A stretch of 64,000 nt of DNA from an uncultured Candidatus Saccharibacteria bacterium (GTDB lineage Bacteria; Patescibacteriota; WWE3; 2-01-FULL-39-13). Location of the stretch: positions 35,703 through 99,702 of the forward strand of contig CAYJKF010000001.1 in assembly GCA_964370865.1 (NCBI GenBank), written 5' to 3'. A program made the position numbers and the translations under genes. The notes beneath the pieces are model-generated. The model saw only the letters and a program-made list of their open reading frames with translations, was not told the DNA's origin and ran no database searches. Below are positions 11,570 through 21,380 of this stretch, in pieces; position 1 is the first letter of the stretch, and every line of letters begins with the position of its first letter.

Positions 11570-13027
11570 TTACGGAGTTATTGTCGAGGATGAGTCTGAT
11601 TGGTATGAAACTTTATTTGTAGATGGAACTAACTGAACCCAGATTTGCCCTCTATTAAACACAACTTCTTCTCCATCTTTTGTTTTGTAGACATCCATTT
11701 CATCATGAGTAGATCTTGACCAAGTTGCTTCAATAACTTTTCCGTCCAGAAAAATAAGAGCATTACCTGTACCAGTTATTTGTTGGTATAAATGAGCTTT
11801 CTTATCACCGACCTTGGTTTCAACTGTAAATCGCACGATAACATTTTTAGCTCTTAATTCTTGATTATTTAAAAAGTCGGTTTGTTTAACACCACCTTGA
11901 TATCTAATATATTCATTTTTCTCTTTGTCGTATACCCACTTAACACTAAAATCAGGCATTGTATCCCAGTAGGTATATGTAATTGGAATATCAAGTCCAA
12001 TAGTTCCTCTTTCTTCCATACTTGCCTCATCCTTAAATTTCCAAGAAGTAAATGGAGCAAATTGGTGCCAAGCTTCTTGAGGTCTAATTTCTTTTGCCAA
12101 CTGATAAATTAATGGTAATTTGACACCTGCCGTATGTTCTAATGCTACTCCAGCAGAAAGTTTCGCTTGATCTCTACCAAACGCACAATCTGACCGATCG
12201 CAGGAATAGTTTCCTCCATCTAGATTTGGAAGTCCTAATTTAACAATGCGGTCATATGCATCAGTATCGGGTTCAGTTTCTTTTGGACAAGTTCCTGCCT
12301 TTTGACATGGAGGAACATGAGCAGCACCCCAGTGAATAAAATGTGGACTATATGGAGCTGCTAATTCTGCAAAGTAATATCGTGCCGATCTAACCGAAGT
12401 AACTTGCTCAGGAATTTTTGAGTGGAATATTGGCATTAAACGCGTAATACCACCTTCTGCGACAACTTCGTAAACTATATCTGCAAAGGAAAGGCCAGAG
12501 CTTGGACGTGCAACCACATAATTATTAACCATGACTGCGATTGGTTTTCTATCTTTAAAATTCTTAGCCTCATCCTGCGAGACATAGACACCGTTAATCG
12601 GGCTTTCAAACATATCAGACGAGTCAACATTGTCGTTTCCTGATGCGGCCTGGTTATCCTTTGCCTTACGTGGATCCATATAATTTTCGGGTTTTGCGAT
12701 TAAGATATAGGCACCAACTCCGATAATTAATAGTAAAAATATTCCCAGAAGTATTCCAAATAATTTCTTCTTACTCTTCACTGGTTGAGAACCTAAATTC
12801 ATTGTAGAACCAGAGCCATTTAAATTTATCTTCGCTGGTTTTTTAGGAATAGAAGTACTCGCAGGAACTTCTTTTGCTACTGGGGTCGCGAGGTTCACCG
12901 GTTCTGGATTGCCTCCTAATGAAGGAATCTCGGAAGTGTTACCCAAATTAGGATTAAGTGAAAATCCACCAGACTGTTCGGCAGATGCTTTATTTATTTC
13001 GGAAAAAAATGATTCTTTATCAGGCAT
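11570..13027 (-). CDS. DUF3048 (YerB-like) domain protein, membrane-anchored, extracytoplasmic
   Basis: An N-terminal low-complexity region, one TM segment, then the block PIAVMVNNYVVARPSSGLSFADIVYEVVAEGGITRLMPIFH, which is characteristic of DUF3048. Confidence 0.6.
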   Translation of the reverse strand: MPDKESFFSEINKASAEQSGGFSLNPNLGNTSEIPSLGGNPEPVNLATPVAKEVPASTSIPKKPAKINLNGSGSTMNLGSQPVKSKKKLFGILLGIFLLLIIGVGAYILIAKPENYMDPRKAKDNQAASGNDNVDSSDMFESPINGVYVSQDEAKNFKDRKPIAVMVNNYVVARPSSGLSFADIVYEVVAEGGITRLMPIFHSKIPEQVTSVRSARYYFAELAAPYSPHFIHWGAAHVPPCQKAGTCPKETEPDTDAYDRIVKLGLPNLDGGNYSCDRSDCAFGRDQAKLSAGVALEHTAGVKLPLIYQLAKEIRPQEAWHQFAPFTSWKFKDEASMEERGTIGLDIPITYTYWDTMPDFSVKWVYDKEKNEYIRYQGGVKQTDFLNNQELRAKNVIVRFTVETKVGDKKAHLYQQITGTGNALIFLDGKVIEATWSRSTHDEMDVYKTKDGEEVVFNRGQIWVQLVPSTNKVSYQSDSSSTITP

Positions 13028-13082
13028 TAGAATTATTCTATATTAGCGTTGAAAACTACACAAGGCACGTTATACTTTCACT

Positions 13083-13382
13083 ATGTCAAAAACAGATAGA
13101 AAAGTTGCACAACAAAACAAAGAACTTAGAAGAAAACTAGAGGCACTAAAAGCAGAAACCAAATATGAGCGATTAGATGTAAAAATTACGCCAACAAGTA
13201 TCGTTGAAAAGTCTAACAATCAACCCGTTGTGGTTAATAAAAAATTATCTGATGTTGATTTAATTCCTTTTGTAAAAAAAGACTTAACAAAAACGATTTT
13301 AGTTGGCGGCATAACAATCTTATTTATTGTTGGGCTAAAAGTCGCAGACTCCCTGGGAATCGATCTCCCTTATCTATACTGA
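13083..13382 (+). CDS. Small hypothetical protein with a C-terminal TM segment
   Basis: A 99-aa ORF lying between convergent genes. The N-terminus is lysine-rich with coiled-coil character and the tail is hydrophobic. Confidence 0.35.
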   Translation: MSKTDRKVAQQNKELRRKLEALKAETKYERLDVKITPTSIVEKSNNQPVVVNKKLSDVDLIPFVKKDLTKTILVGGITILFIVGLKVADSLGIDLPYLY

Positions 13383-14845
13383 TAAGCTTCAAGTATATGG
13401 TTTTTAGCGATTGATTCGGATTTATCTAATAGAGCAATCGTCTTAGCAACACGTAAAACCTTCTCAACTCCTCTTCCAGTTAATGAATGATTATTTTTTA
13501 TTTGCTTGATTATTTCTTTTGCCTGACTATCTAATTCTAAAACTTTTGATAATTCACTTCTAACTCTATTCACCTCGGTATACATATATTCGGATGTGTA
13601 TAAAGTATCAGAATTATTTTTTACGGTGGCAGAGGCGCTTCTTGGACTACAGTTAACATGAATATCAACGCGGTCAAGAATCGATCCGCTAATTTTACGA
13701 GAGTAATTGCGAATTTCTATTTCGGTGCATGTACACTTTAATTTTGGATGCCCATAGTTGCCACACGGACAAAGATTGTAGCTGGCGGCTAATAGAAATT
13801 CGCAAGGGAACACCGCCGAGCCATTTACTCGATTTATTGTAATAACTTTGTCTTCAAGTGGTTGTCTCAATGATTCAATAGTATCCTTATCAAATTCAGC
13901 AAATTCATCCAAAAAAAGTACCCCTTTATGAGCGTACGTTATCTCTCCGGGTTTAACTGGATTACCACCACCTAACATTGCGGCCTTACTGATTGAGTGA
14001 TGAGGAGATCTGAATGGCCTTGCTAAATTATTTTGGAGAACTCCATGTATCAAGTTCACAACTCTCTGCTCATCTTCCGTAATAGGAGGGAGAATAGTAG
14101 GAATAAGTCTAAGCATCATGGTTTTACCGGCTCCAGGAGGCCCTGATAAGGCTATGTGATGATTTCCTGCTACTGCTATAGTAATTGCTCTTTTGGCTAT
14201 ATTTTGCCCTTCTACGTGCGAGTAATTGGAATAATGATGAGGGAGGCTTTGAGTACCTTCTAGTAGATTGACTGAGGAATTGGCAAGTGTTGTTGTTTTT
14301 CCGTAAAACGGAAATCTACCTTGCTGGGTATATGAATCCACTAATTCTTTTAAATTATCTAATTTAAATATTTCACCCTTAACCCATGAAGGAACAACAT
14401 CTTTTGAGCTTACGATAGCTTTCAATTTCTTTTGACCGCATAAATCCAAAATAGTGAGCATACCTTTTACTGGATTTAAATCACCATTTAATGATAGTTC
14501 GCCAAATAAAACATATTTAGAAAAATCATAATTCTTTCCAAACATTCCACTCGCAGACAATATCCCAATTGCTATTGGCAAATCATAGAGAGATCCTTTT
14601 TTTGCAATATCTGCTGGCGCCAAATTAACAGTAATACGTGCTTCTGGAAATTTAAATTTACTATTCTTAATGGCCGATCTGATACGATCTTTTGATTCTT
14701 CAATTTCTTTAGCGGGTAGCCCCACTATATGGAATACTGGAAATCCTTGAAAATCAACGTGCGTTTCAACATTTATTAAGTCTGCCTCAATTCCATTAAT
14801 ACTAGCTGAATATAACCGGCTAAACCCCATCTTTATATTCAACAA
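13370..14845 (-). CDS. comM: YifB/ComM-family Mg-chelatase-like AAA+ ATPase
   Basis: N-terminal Lon-protease-like domain followed by an AAA+ Walker A (LSGPPGAGKT) and a Cys-rich insert. Confidence 0.8.
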   Translation of the reverse strand: MLNIKMGFSRLYSASINGIEADLINVETHVDFQGFPVFHIVGLPAKEIEESKDRIRSAIKNSKFKFPEARITVNLAPADIAKKGSLYDLPIAIGILSASGMFGKNYDFSKYVLFGELSLNGDLNPVKGMLTILDLCGQKKLKAIVSSKDVVPSWVKGEIFKLDNLKELVDSYTQQGRFPFYGKTTTLANSSVNLLEGTQSLPHHYSNYSHVEGQNIAKRAITIAVAGNHHIALSGPPGAGKTMMLRLIPTILPPITEDEQRVVNLIHGVLQNNLARPFRSPHHSISKAAMLGGGNPVKPGEITYAHKGVLFLDEFAEFDKDTIESLRQPLEDKVITINRVNGSAVFPCEFLLAASYNLCPCGNYGHPKLKCTCTEIEIRNYSRKISGSILDRVDIHVNCSPRSASATVKNNSDTLYTSEYMYTEVNRVRSELSKVLELDSQAKEIIKQIKNNHSLTGRGVEKVLRVAKTIALLDKSESIAKNHILEAYQYR

Positions 14846-14885
14846 TATAAAAATGAAATTCTTTTTAAAGATTAGTTAAAAAATT

Positions 14886-15980
14886 CTACTTAATGAAGTT
14901 TTGAACGTTTTGATTATGCTCTTCTAGCGTTCGTGCGAAATATGTCTTACCGTTGTTTCCACTTATATAGAACCAGTAATCACTATCTTCATATTCAACT
15001 ACTGACTCCAGTGCATCTAAACCAGGATTTGCAATTGGTGCTGGTGGTAAACCTTTATTTGTGTAGGTATTGTATTCCGAATCTAGATTTTGATAGTCAT
15101 CTCTAGTAACAATTGGCCACCAATCTTTTTCATTTCCCTTTGCGTACTGCAAGGTTGCATCGGCTTGAAGAGCCCAACCCTCTTGATATCGCTTAATTAA
15201 AATCCCCGCAACGATAGCTCTATCCGCCTTATGATTCATTTCTCTTTCTAAAATTGACGCTAAAATTACCACTTCTTCCTCCGTTAGATTTTTAAATGTA
15301 GCTTGGGATTTTAAATCCGACGAAAATCTTTTCTCAAAAGTATTCCTCATCATCGAAGCCAAATTTGCCGGTTCTAAGTTTGAATCAACAATATAAGTGT
15401 CAGGAAATAAGTACCCTTCTTTAATGTAACTCGAATTAGCAAATTCATCAGCAAATTCGTCGCCCATTGTTTCTCTTAAATAGTCCACATATTCTTCAAC
15501 ACGCCACCCTTCAAGAAAAGTAAGCTTTCTTTCAAAACTTCCGTCTTGAAGTTTTTCTACCAATTGAGCGAGAGTTAATTCACTTAGATCGATTTCATAA
15601 TATCCTGCCTGAATACTCTTATCTGGATTTAAGTACAGATAGGCTTTTAATATCTCTGGCTTGGTAATTAACTTTTCTTCATACAAAAGTTCAGCGATTT
15701 CTGAAACTGACATACCTTTTTCGATAGAGATTTTAAGCATAGAACTGTCGGTATCATAGCTTACCGGACTGTTGATTTCTCTATTATAGTAACCATAAAC
15801 AACGATGGCTCCTAAAAAGGCTAACCCAATAACAACCGCAAATAGAGCGATAATCCATTTAAAAATGTGCAAAGGTTTTTTTTGTTTCATTTTGTTTTTA
15901 TTAAGTTCCTCCTCGTTCTCAATATAATTTTCGGTTAATATAACTGTATCCATAGAGAAGAGATTATCAGAATGAACCAA
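14886..15980 (-). CDS. mltG: Endolytic murein transglycosylase MltG (YceG-like)
   Basis: An N-terminal TM segment and a YceG domain with conserved GYLFPDTY and QADATLQYA blocks. Confidence 0.8.
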   Translation of the reverse strand: MVHSDNLFSMDTVILTENYIENEEELNKNKMKQKKPLHIFKWIIALFAVVIGLAFLGAIVVYGYYNREINSPVSYDTDSSMLKISIEKGMSVSEIAELLYEEKLITKPEILKAYLYLNPDKSIQAGYYEIDLSELTLAQLVEKLQDGSFERKLTFLEGWRVEEYVDYLRETMGDEFADEFANSSYIKEGYLFPDTYIVDSNLEPANLASMMRNTFEKRFSSDLKSQATFKNLTEEEVVILASILEREMNHKADRAIVAGILIKRYQEGWALQADATLQYAKGNEKDWWPIVTRDDYQNLDSEYNTYTNKGLPPAPIANPGLDALESVVEYEDSDYWFYISGNNGKTYFARTLEEHNQNVQNFIK

Positions 15981-16751
15981 ACCAATCTAGAATTTTTATT
16001 AAAGGAAAAATATGGCTACTCAGATACAGAGATTTTTATACTGAAAAAAGACGATCCAAAATTCGATACTTTAGCTACGGATATCAAAAAAGAGATTACT
16101 TTACTTGAGAAAGGTTACCCCATAGATTACATGATTGGATTTACTCATTTTCTTGATTCTAAAATTGATTTAAGTCTTAAACCTCTAATACCAAGACCGG
16201 AAACGGAATATTGGGTTTCAAAGGCACTACAGGATATTTCCCCTAATGAGAATCTTGATATTTTAGACCTTTTTACAGGATCTGGTTGTATCGGGATAGC
16301 TGCTATAAGGTCTCTAGAAAATTCTCGTGTAACTTTTTCTGATATTTCTAATAAGGCGTTAAAACAAGTTGAAAAAAATTTAATCATAAACGGAATTAAA
16401 AATAACTTTGAAATAATTAAGAGTGATATTTTCTCAAAACTCAAAGATAGAAAATTCGATTTAATATTTGCAAACCCTCCCTATATTGATAAAAATGACA
16501 CCAACATTGGTGAAGAAATTAAATACGAGCCCAAAGAAGCCCTTTTTGCAGATTCGGAAGGTTTTGCTGTAATAGAACAATTTTTATCAGATGCATTTCT
16601 ACATCTAAATGACCAGGGCAAAATATATATGGAATTCGGATATAATCAAAAAGAGAAAATTGAAAATTTACTTTCAATAAGTAGATATGAAAGCTGGAAA
16701 TTTAATAAAGATCAGTTTGGAAAGTGGAGGTGGATTGAAATAATCCTATAA
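15972..16751 (+). CDS. prmC: Release factor glutamine N5-methyltransferase (PrmC/HemK)
   Basis: A SAM-binding motif DLFTGSGCIG and the NPPY catalytic motif (FANPPYI). Confidence 0.85.
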   Translation: MNQTNLEFLLKEKYGYSDTEIFILKKDDPKFDTLATDIKKEITLLEKGYPIDYMIGFTHFLDSKIDLSLKPLIPRPETEYWVSKALQDISPNENLDILDLFTGSGCIGIAAIRSLENSRVTFSDISNKALKQVEKNLIINGIKNNFEIIKSDIFSKLKDRKFDLIFANPPYIDKNDTNIGEEIKYEPKEALFADSEGFAVIEQFLSDAFLHLNDQGKIYMEFGYNQKEKIENLLSISRYESWKFNKDQFGKWRWIEIIL

Positions 16752-16777
16752 TAATTAAAACTCCTATATAGATAGCA

Positions 16778-16851
16778 AGAGACCGCCTTTCGGCGGTCTC
16801 TTTGATAAATCCCTGTTTCAAGCAGGTCCGCTCTCTTACGAGAGCGGACCC
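16778..16851. terminator. Two GC-rich hairpins between convergent genes, likely terminators for prmC (+) and the LPKTG protein gene (-)
   Basis: The hairpins are agagaccgcc-tttc-ggcggtctct (16778-16801) and caggtccgctctc-ttac-gagagcggacc (16823-16851). The U-tracts are short, so intrinsic termination is uncertain. Confidence 0.5.
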
Positions 16852-16859
16852 TATTTGAG

Positions 16860-17567
16860 TTACTTAGCTACTTTTCTAAGTCCGTAACCTACTAAGATTA
16901 AACCTAATGAAGTTACGCCTATTAAAGCAACGTTTGGATCGATGAATCCAGTTTTAGGTAAGTGCTTTATTGACTCTTTACCTAATACTTTTCCGTCTAA
17001 TTCTATACAGAAGTTAGCGTAGTCAGTATCCGATTCTTCTTCTCCATTGTCTTCTCTGTCTCCTTTAGCTTTAGCTACGTTAGATACACAGATGTAGTCG
17101 TCGTCAGGTGTTATTCCTCCGAAGTCTACTTTTGCGCTAAAGTCGAATTCTTTTTCCTCACCTGGATCTAAGTCGAATTCATCGAAAACAACTTTGTTTC
17201 CGCTTTCTTCGTCTCCATCTCCGCTGTTGTATTCAATGACTGATGGCATTACGTCGACAAGTTTAATGTCTTCGATTTTAACATCGCCAGTGTTTTCAAC
17301 AACAATGGTGAAGTAGATTTTGTCATCATTATCGAAAGTGTAAGGATGAGATCCATCTTTACGATTGATATGATTCTCATAATCCTTTGACTTCGGATTA
17401 TAGATTTTCTTATCTACTTTTAAATCGGCGTCTTCGTCTACACAAGTTTCGCCTCCCCCATACTGGGTAAAACACTCTTCCGCATAGACGGCGGAAGTTC
17501 CTGTAGTAATTGCCATAACTAGGGCAATCACGGCAGAGAAAAGGGTTAATAAGCCTATGTTTTTCAT
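16860..17567 (-). CDS. Sortase-anchored acidic surface protein (LPKTG cell-wall sorting signal)
   Basis: An N-terminal signal peptide. The C-terminus reads LPKTG followed by a hydrophobic stretch and an RKVAK tail. Confidence 0.75.
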   Translation of the reverse strand: MKNIGLLTLFSAVIALVMAITTGTSAVYAEECFTQYGGGETCVDEDADLKVDKKIYNPKSKDYENHINRKDGSHPYTFDNDDKIYFTIVVENTGDVKIEDIKLVDVMPSVIEYNSGDGDEESGNKVVFDEFDLDPGEEKEFDFSAKVDFGGITPDDDYICVSNVAKAKGDREDNGEEESDTDYANFCIELDGKVLGKESIKHLPKTGFIDPNVALIGVTSLGLILVGYGLRKVAK

Positions 17568-17616
17568 GGCAATTACCTACTTTCTTCTGGGCTGGAAACT
17601 AAAAGTTAATGTGGAA

Positions 17617-17645
17617 ATTATAGTGCAGTAAGGCCGTTTTGTCAA
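17617..17645 (-). promoter_or_regulatory. Consensus sigma70-type promoter (TTGACA-N17-TATAAT) about 40 nt upstream of the LPKTG protein gene
   Basis: The reverse complement reads cctatagcTTGACAaaacggccttactgcacTATAAT. The CTATAG element abuts the -35 box, as in the other cassette promoters. Confidence 0.6.
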
Positions 17646-17660
17646 GCTATAGGACGAGCC

Positions 17661-20600
17661 CTACGTTTTGTACCACAGCACACCAGATATGGTGAAAAGG
17701 CTTAGGATAAGCCAATATCCGATATACTGTAAATATTGCGGAACATATAATATTACATAAGAGGTCGATACTGGGACGAAAATCCATGAATTTGCCCAAT
17801 TATTGGCGACAAAATGCTCTGTAAATACTCGTCTACAAGTAAATGGCGTAGTAATGCCAAACCAGCATGAATCGGCCTCATATAAATTCCACCCGTCTTC
17901 GAACGATTGATTTAAAACTAATACAGCTTTTCCTGGTTTTGAGCTAGAACCTTCCACTTTATAACGAGTCTTTCCCGATTTAACAACATTTGTAATTGCA
18001 TAGGAGTTATCTACATATTTGTGCTCTTTTGTCATTATCGTTAATCCTTTAATAAAGCTATATGGAATTGGTGTAAAAGTGAGATCAGATAGAATGTTTT
18101 CAGAAGGAACTTTGCCAATTGAGTGATTACTAATCCTAAGGTTTAATGGCTCGACGTCGTTATAAGGCGGAACAACTATCGCGTGCGTTCCTGTTAATAG
18201 TCTTTCGGTAAATAAGCATTTTTGAATTCTCTCGGAGTATAAGCACACATCTAATCCCTTTCCAGAAATATTTTGATTAGTAATTTGTACAAGGGCTCCG
18301 GATGATAAGTCTACCTCGCTCAAATCCAAATTATCACAAGAGATTGCGTCGATAGCCCTATATCTAAAATTTCCAGTTATTGGATCTAGCTCTCGCGCAA
18401 ACTCTTCCTCATTATATAAATCACAATTTCTTGAATCTGAATTAAAATCATACAGATTAGGACGAAATACCTTAGAATATTTTTCTATTTCAGGAAAAGT
18501 AATCTTCACAGGAAACTGAGAATTATTAATTTGAATCGTGTAAGGTGACGTGTCGTGATTAGATCCAAAACCCGTACTACCTGTGGCTCGGTATTTTTTA
18601 ACTTCGATATTTTTATATTCCACATTTTGAGTTTCATTTTTGTCTGATGACTCGTTTATCAAAACTAACCTGTATTCACCTGTTTTGAAAACTTCCACAT
18701 AGTCTTCGTATGTTTTATATTTTTCACTCTTTGCAGGAGCGTTTTTATATTTTTCATTTGCGCACTCTCCAGTGACTACATTCTCAATACAATAAATTGC
18801 CTTACCCCCAGAAGTAGTCATGTATTCAAAATGAGTGCTTACAATATCACCTCGGGTCAAAGCAAAACCGTCGTCGAATTTCAAACAAATGTTACGATCA
18901 TAACTTGATAAAACAACACTTCCAGGATATTTACCAATTGATTTTCCAAATGATCCATCCCCACCAAAACAATCCGTTGGTTCGGCAGACGCAACAGAAT
19001 TACTAAATGGATATTCGGCAACTGGCGTCTCATTATAGAACACAAAATTTGGATATGAATTAGAGGTCAGAATAATAGTTTCTTTTTCTCTGAGTTTCTT
19101 TCCATTGATTACAACTCCAATACCAGATGGAACTGAGGTAGAAGTTTTTTTAGTCTGGCCATCTCCATATAATCGTAAATCTTGCCCAGAGGAATCAGTT
19201 ATTACAGGAATCACATCCTCTAAAGTCAAAACGCCTTGAAACAGGTTAACTTTAAGTGGCCACCTACCAAAATCATTAAATCCAAATTGTATCTGCAAAT
19301 TTTCGCCTATAAAATTTTCGTTATATGGAATCTCGAGCGAATTTTCGTTTACGAGTTTAATACTGCTATCATCGGCAAATGGGTATTCAATATCGATTTC
19401 ACTTAATTTCGAATCTAAAGAATATAAATGGGCAACGTTTGAATTTTTATAATACACAGGATCAACTTGGCTATCTTTATATGATTCCCCTGTAATCAAA
19501 TATTTTTGCGGTGCATAAATATCATTACTTACTTCTGAATTTAGATTATTTTCATATTGCCTAGTTGGATATTTTTTAACATATGTATATACACTTAGGT
19601 TATCTTTTTCTGTTAATAAAACGAATTCGAAATCTTCGCTTACCAACTCTTTCATTTTTTGACTATTTACCGAGTTAGGAGAACCAGGAGATATTACAGA
19701 ATCATCAAACATTATTTCAGTTACTCCATATTTCTCAAAAACGAATTTTATTTGTTCGATATTATTTGTGTAGTAAGCATATTGATATTCGTTGTAGAAA
19801 TCCTCGTTTGTTGGAAACCACCTATCAAATTCTCTATCCAGTACAGGATTTTTAGATAAAAACCAAATAAATCCTGCGCCTTGATAAGACGCGTCAACCT
19901 CGTTATCTCTAATCCAGTCATAATATACCCATCCAAAAATGCTATTTGGTGGAGCAGTCGCTACTCTTCTTCCCTCTTCTTTATTTAGTTCATCAAATAC
20001 TTGAAAATATGAATCTGGAATTTTAACTTTAACAATATCGCCAATCAAAAATCCTCTGAATGCTGGGATAAAATAATACGTAAGCAAAATAACTGGGATA
20101 ATTTTTAATATTAGATTGATTTTATCAATCTTGATTTTTTCAAGAAAGTTTAAGAAGAAAAACCCAACAAAAACTGAAAGGCTTAGCATTAGTGGAATCG
20201 AAAACTTCGTATATGGAAACCTTAATGCCTCTTTAATAAGTGGCAACCTATTTTGCATGAAGCCAAACAGAAAACCGAGTGGTGGAGATGTCATTAATAA
20301 GAAAAATACAGAAAGAAAGATAATCGGTAGAAAATATTTAACCTGACTATTAGATGATTTTTTTAGAGAGGTGAAAATAATTCCACCAATGGATAAAGCA
20401 AAAAACAGATATCCGATAACAATCGCGAAAGTCCTAAAATAAAATGCATTCCATTCGACAAAGATACTGTTGAAACTTTCATTTCCAACATGTACTTTCC
20501 AGTTGAATAGATAACCTTTAAGTACCGCTATATTTTGTATGTTCGCGTACTCTAGATTATTCAATATTCCCTCATCACTAACTAGGCTTGTAATCTTAGC

Positions 20601-21380
20601 GTTAGCTACCTCGTCGGCATGATTTGCGGTGAAATATAAAGTCGGTAAAAGCCAATATGAATTTAGTATTAAGGTCGTGACGATTAAAACTGTTACTCTT
20701 TTTAAGCGACTTTGTTTGTTGATTCCTTTTTCAAGAAGAAAAAACATTAGTGCAAAAACCGAAAGCATCATAAAATTTACAAACCAAAGCGTTGGAGTGT
20801 GAGACATCGGCATGGAAAAGAAAGTTACGACAGTATATAAAAGAAAAGTTTTAGGTGACGGATTTTTTAGAAAAAGTAATGCTGTTAAAAATATCCATCC
20901 TATAAAACCGTATAAAGTTGCAAACATTTCAAGTGGAGCAAAAAATGTTTGTAATGTTCCTAGATTTAATAGATAGAACAATCCGCCTATAAAAGCAGCA
21001 TATTTGTAATTATTTTTTCCCTTAAATAAATGGGTTAGCAAATAATAAATCCCGAGTGGTCCAATAATTAGCATTGTGAAAAAATATGCCCATCTTAAAA
21101 AATGTGTTGGAAAGAATATATCGAGTGCCTGCATGTAAAGTACCCTTGGAATTTCTGATGCGTGTGCTTGAGTCGCGACTGCTCCAAGTCCCTGGTGATC
21201 CTGCCATACACTTTGCAAAACTCGTTCCCAATAAATAGAGAAATTCATTTCGGGGTGCAGAGTATCCCAGCCGCTAAGCCATGTTCCTGTCTTATAATTT
21301 GCAATACATAATACAATCGCAAAGCTAGCTAAAAGGAGAGGAAAGAAAATCTTAGGCAGTTCAATTTTCATTCTATTCAA
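17661..21380 (-). CDS. Very large polytopic membrane protein (about 500-aa multi-TM N-terminal domain plus about 700-aa extracytoplasmic domain), putative glycosyltransferase/envelope biogenesis protein
   Basis: A 1239-aa ORF with many predicted TM helices in the first approximately 520 residues and a large soluble domain after them. It overlaps the upstream GT-C-like gene by 8 nt. Confidence 0.5.
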   Translation of the reverse strand: MNRMKIELPKIFFPLLLASFAIVLCIANYKTGTWLSGWDTLHPEMNFSIYWERVLQSVWQDHQGLGAVATQAHASEIPRVLYMQALDIFFPTHFLRWAYFFTMLIIGPLGIYYLLTHLFKGKNNYKYAAFIGGLFYLLNLGTLQTFFAPLEMFATLYGFIGWIFLTALLFLKNPSPKTFLLYTVVTFFSMPMSHTPTLWFVNFMMLSVFALMFFLLEKGINKQSRLKRVTVLIVTTLILNSYWLLPTLYFTANHADEVANAKITSLVSDEGILNNLEYANIQNIAVLKGYLFNWKVHVGNESFNSIFVEWNAFYFRTFAIVIGYLFFALSIGGIIFTSLKKSSNSQVKYFLPIIFLSVFFLLMTSPPLGFLFGFMQNRLPLIKEALRFPYTKFSIPLMLSLSVFVGFFFLNFLEKIKIDKINLILKIIPVILLTYYFIPAFRGFLIGDIVKVKIPDSYFQVFDELNKEEGRRVATAPPNSIFGWVYYDWIRDNEVDASYQGAGFIWFLSKNPVLDREFDRWFPTNEDFYNEYQYAYYTNNIEQIKFVFEKYGVTEIMFDDSVISPGSPNSVNSQKMKELVSEDFEFVLLTEKDNLSVYTYVKKYPTRQYENNLNSEVSNDIYAPQKYLITGESYKDSQVDPVYYKNSNVAHLYSLDSKLSEIDIEYPFADDSSIKLVNENSLEIPYNENFIGENLQIQFGFNDFGRWPLKVNLFQGVLTLEDVIPVITDSSGQDLRLYGDGQTKKTSTSVPSGIGVVINGKKLREKETIILTSNSYPNFVFYNETPVAEYPFSNSVASAEPTDCFGGDGSFGKSIGKYPGSVVLSSYDRNICLKFDDGFALTRGDIVSTHFEYMTTSGGKAIYCIENVVTGECANEKYKNAPAKSEKYKTYEDYVEVFKTGEYRLVLINESSDKNETQNVEYKNIEVKKYRATGSTGFGSNHDTSPYTIQINNSQFPVKITFPEIEKYSKVFRPNLYDFNSDSRNCDLYNEEEFARELDPITGNFRYRAIDAISCDNLDLSEVDLSSGALVQITNQNISGKGLDVCLYSERIQKCLFTERLLTGTHAIVVPPYNDVEPLNLRISNHSIGKVPSENILSDLTFTPIPYSFIKGLTIMTKEHKYVDNSYAITNVVKSGKTRYKVEGSSSKPGKAVLVLNQSFEDGWNLYEADSCWFGITTPFTCRRVFTEHFVANNWANSWIFVPVSTSYVILYVPQYLQYIGYWLILSLFTISGVLWYKT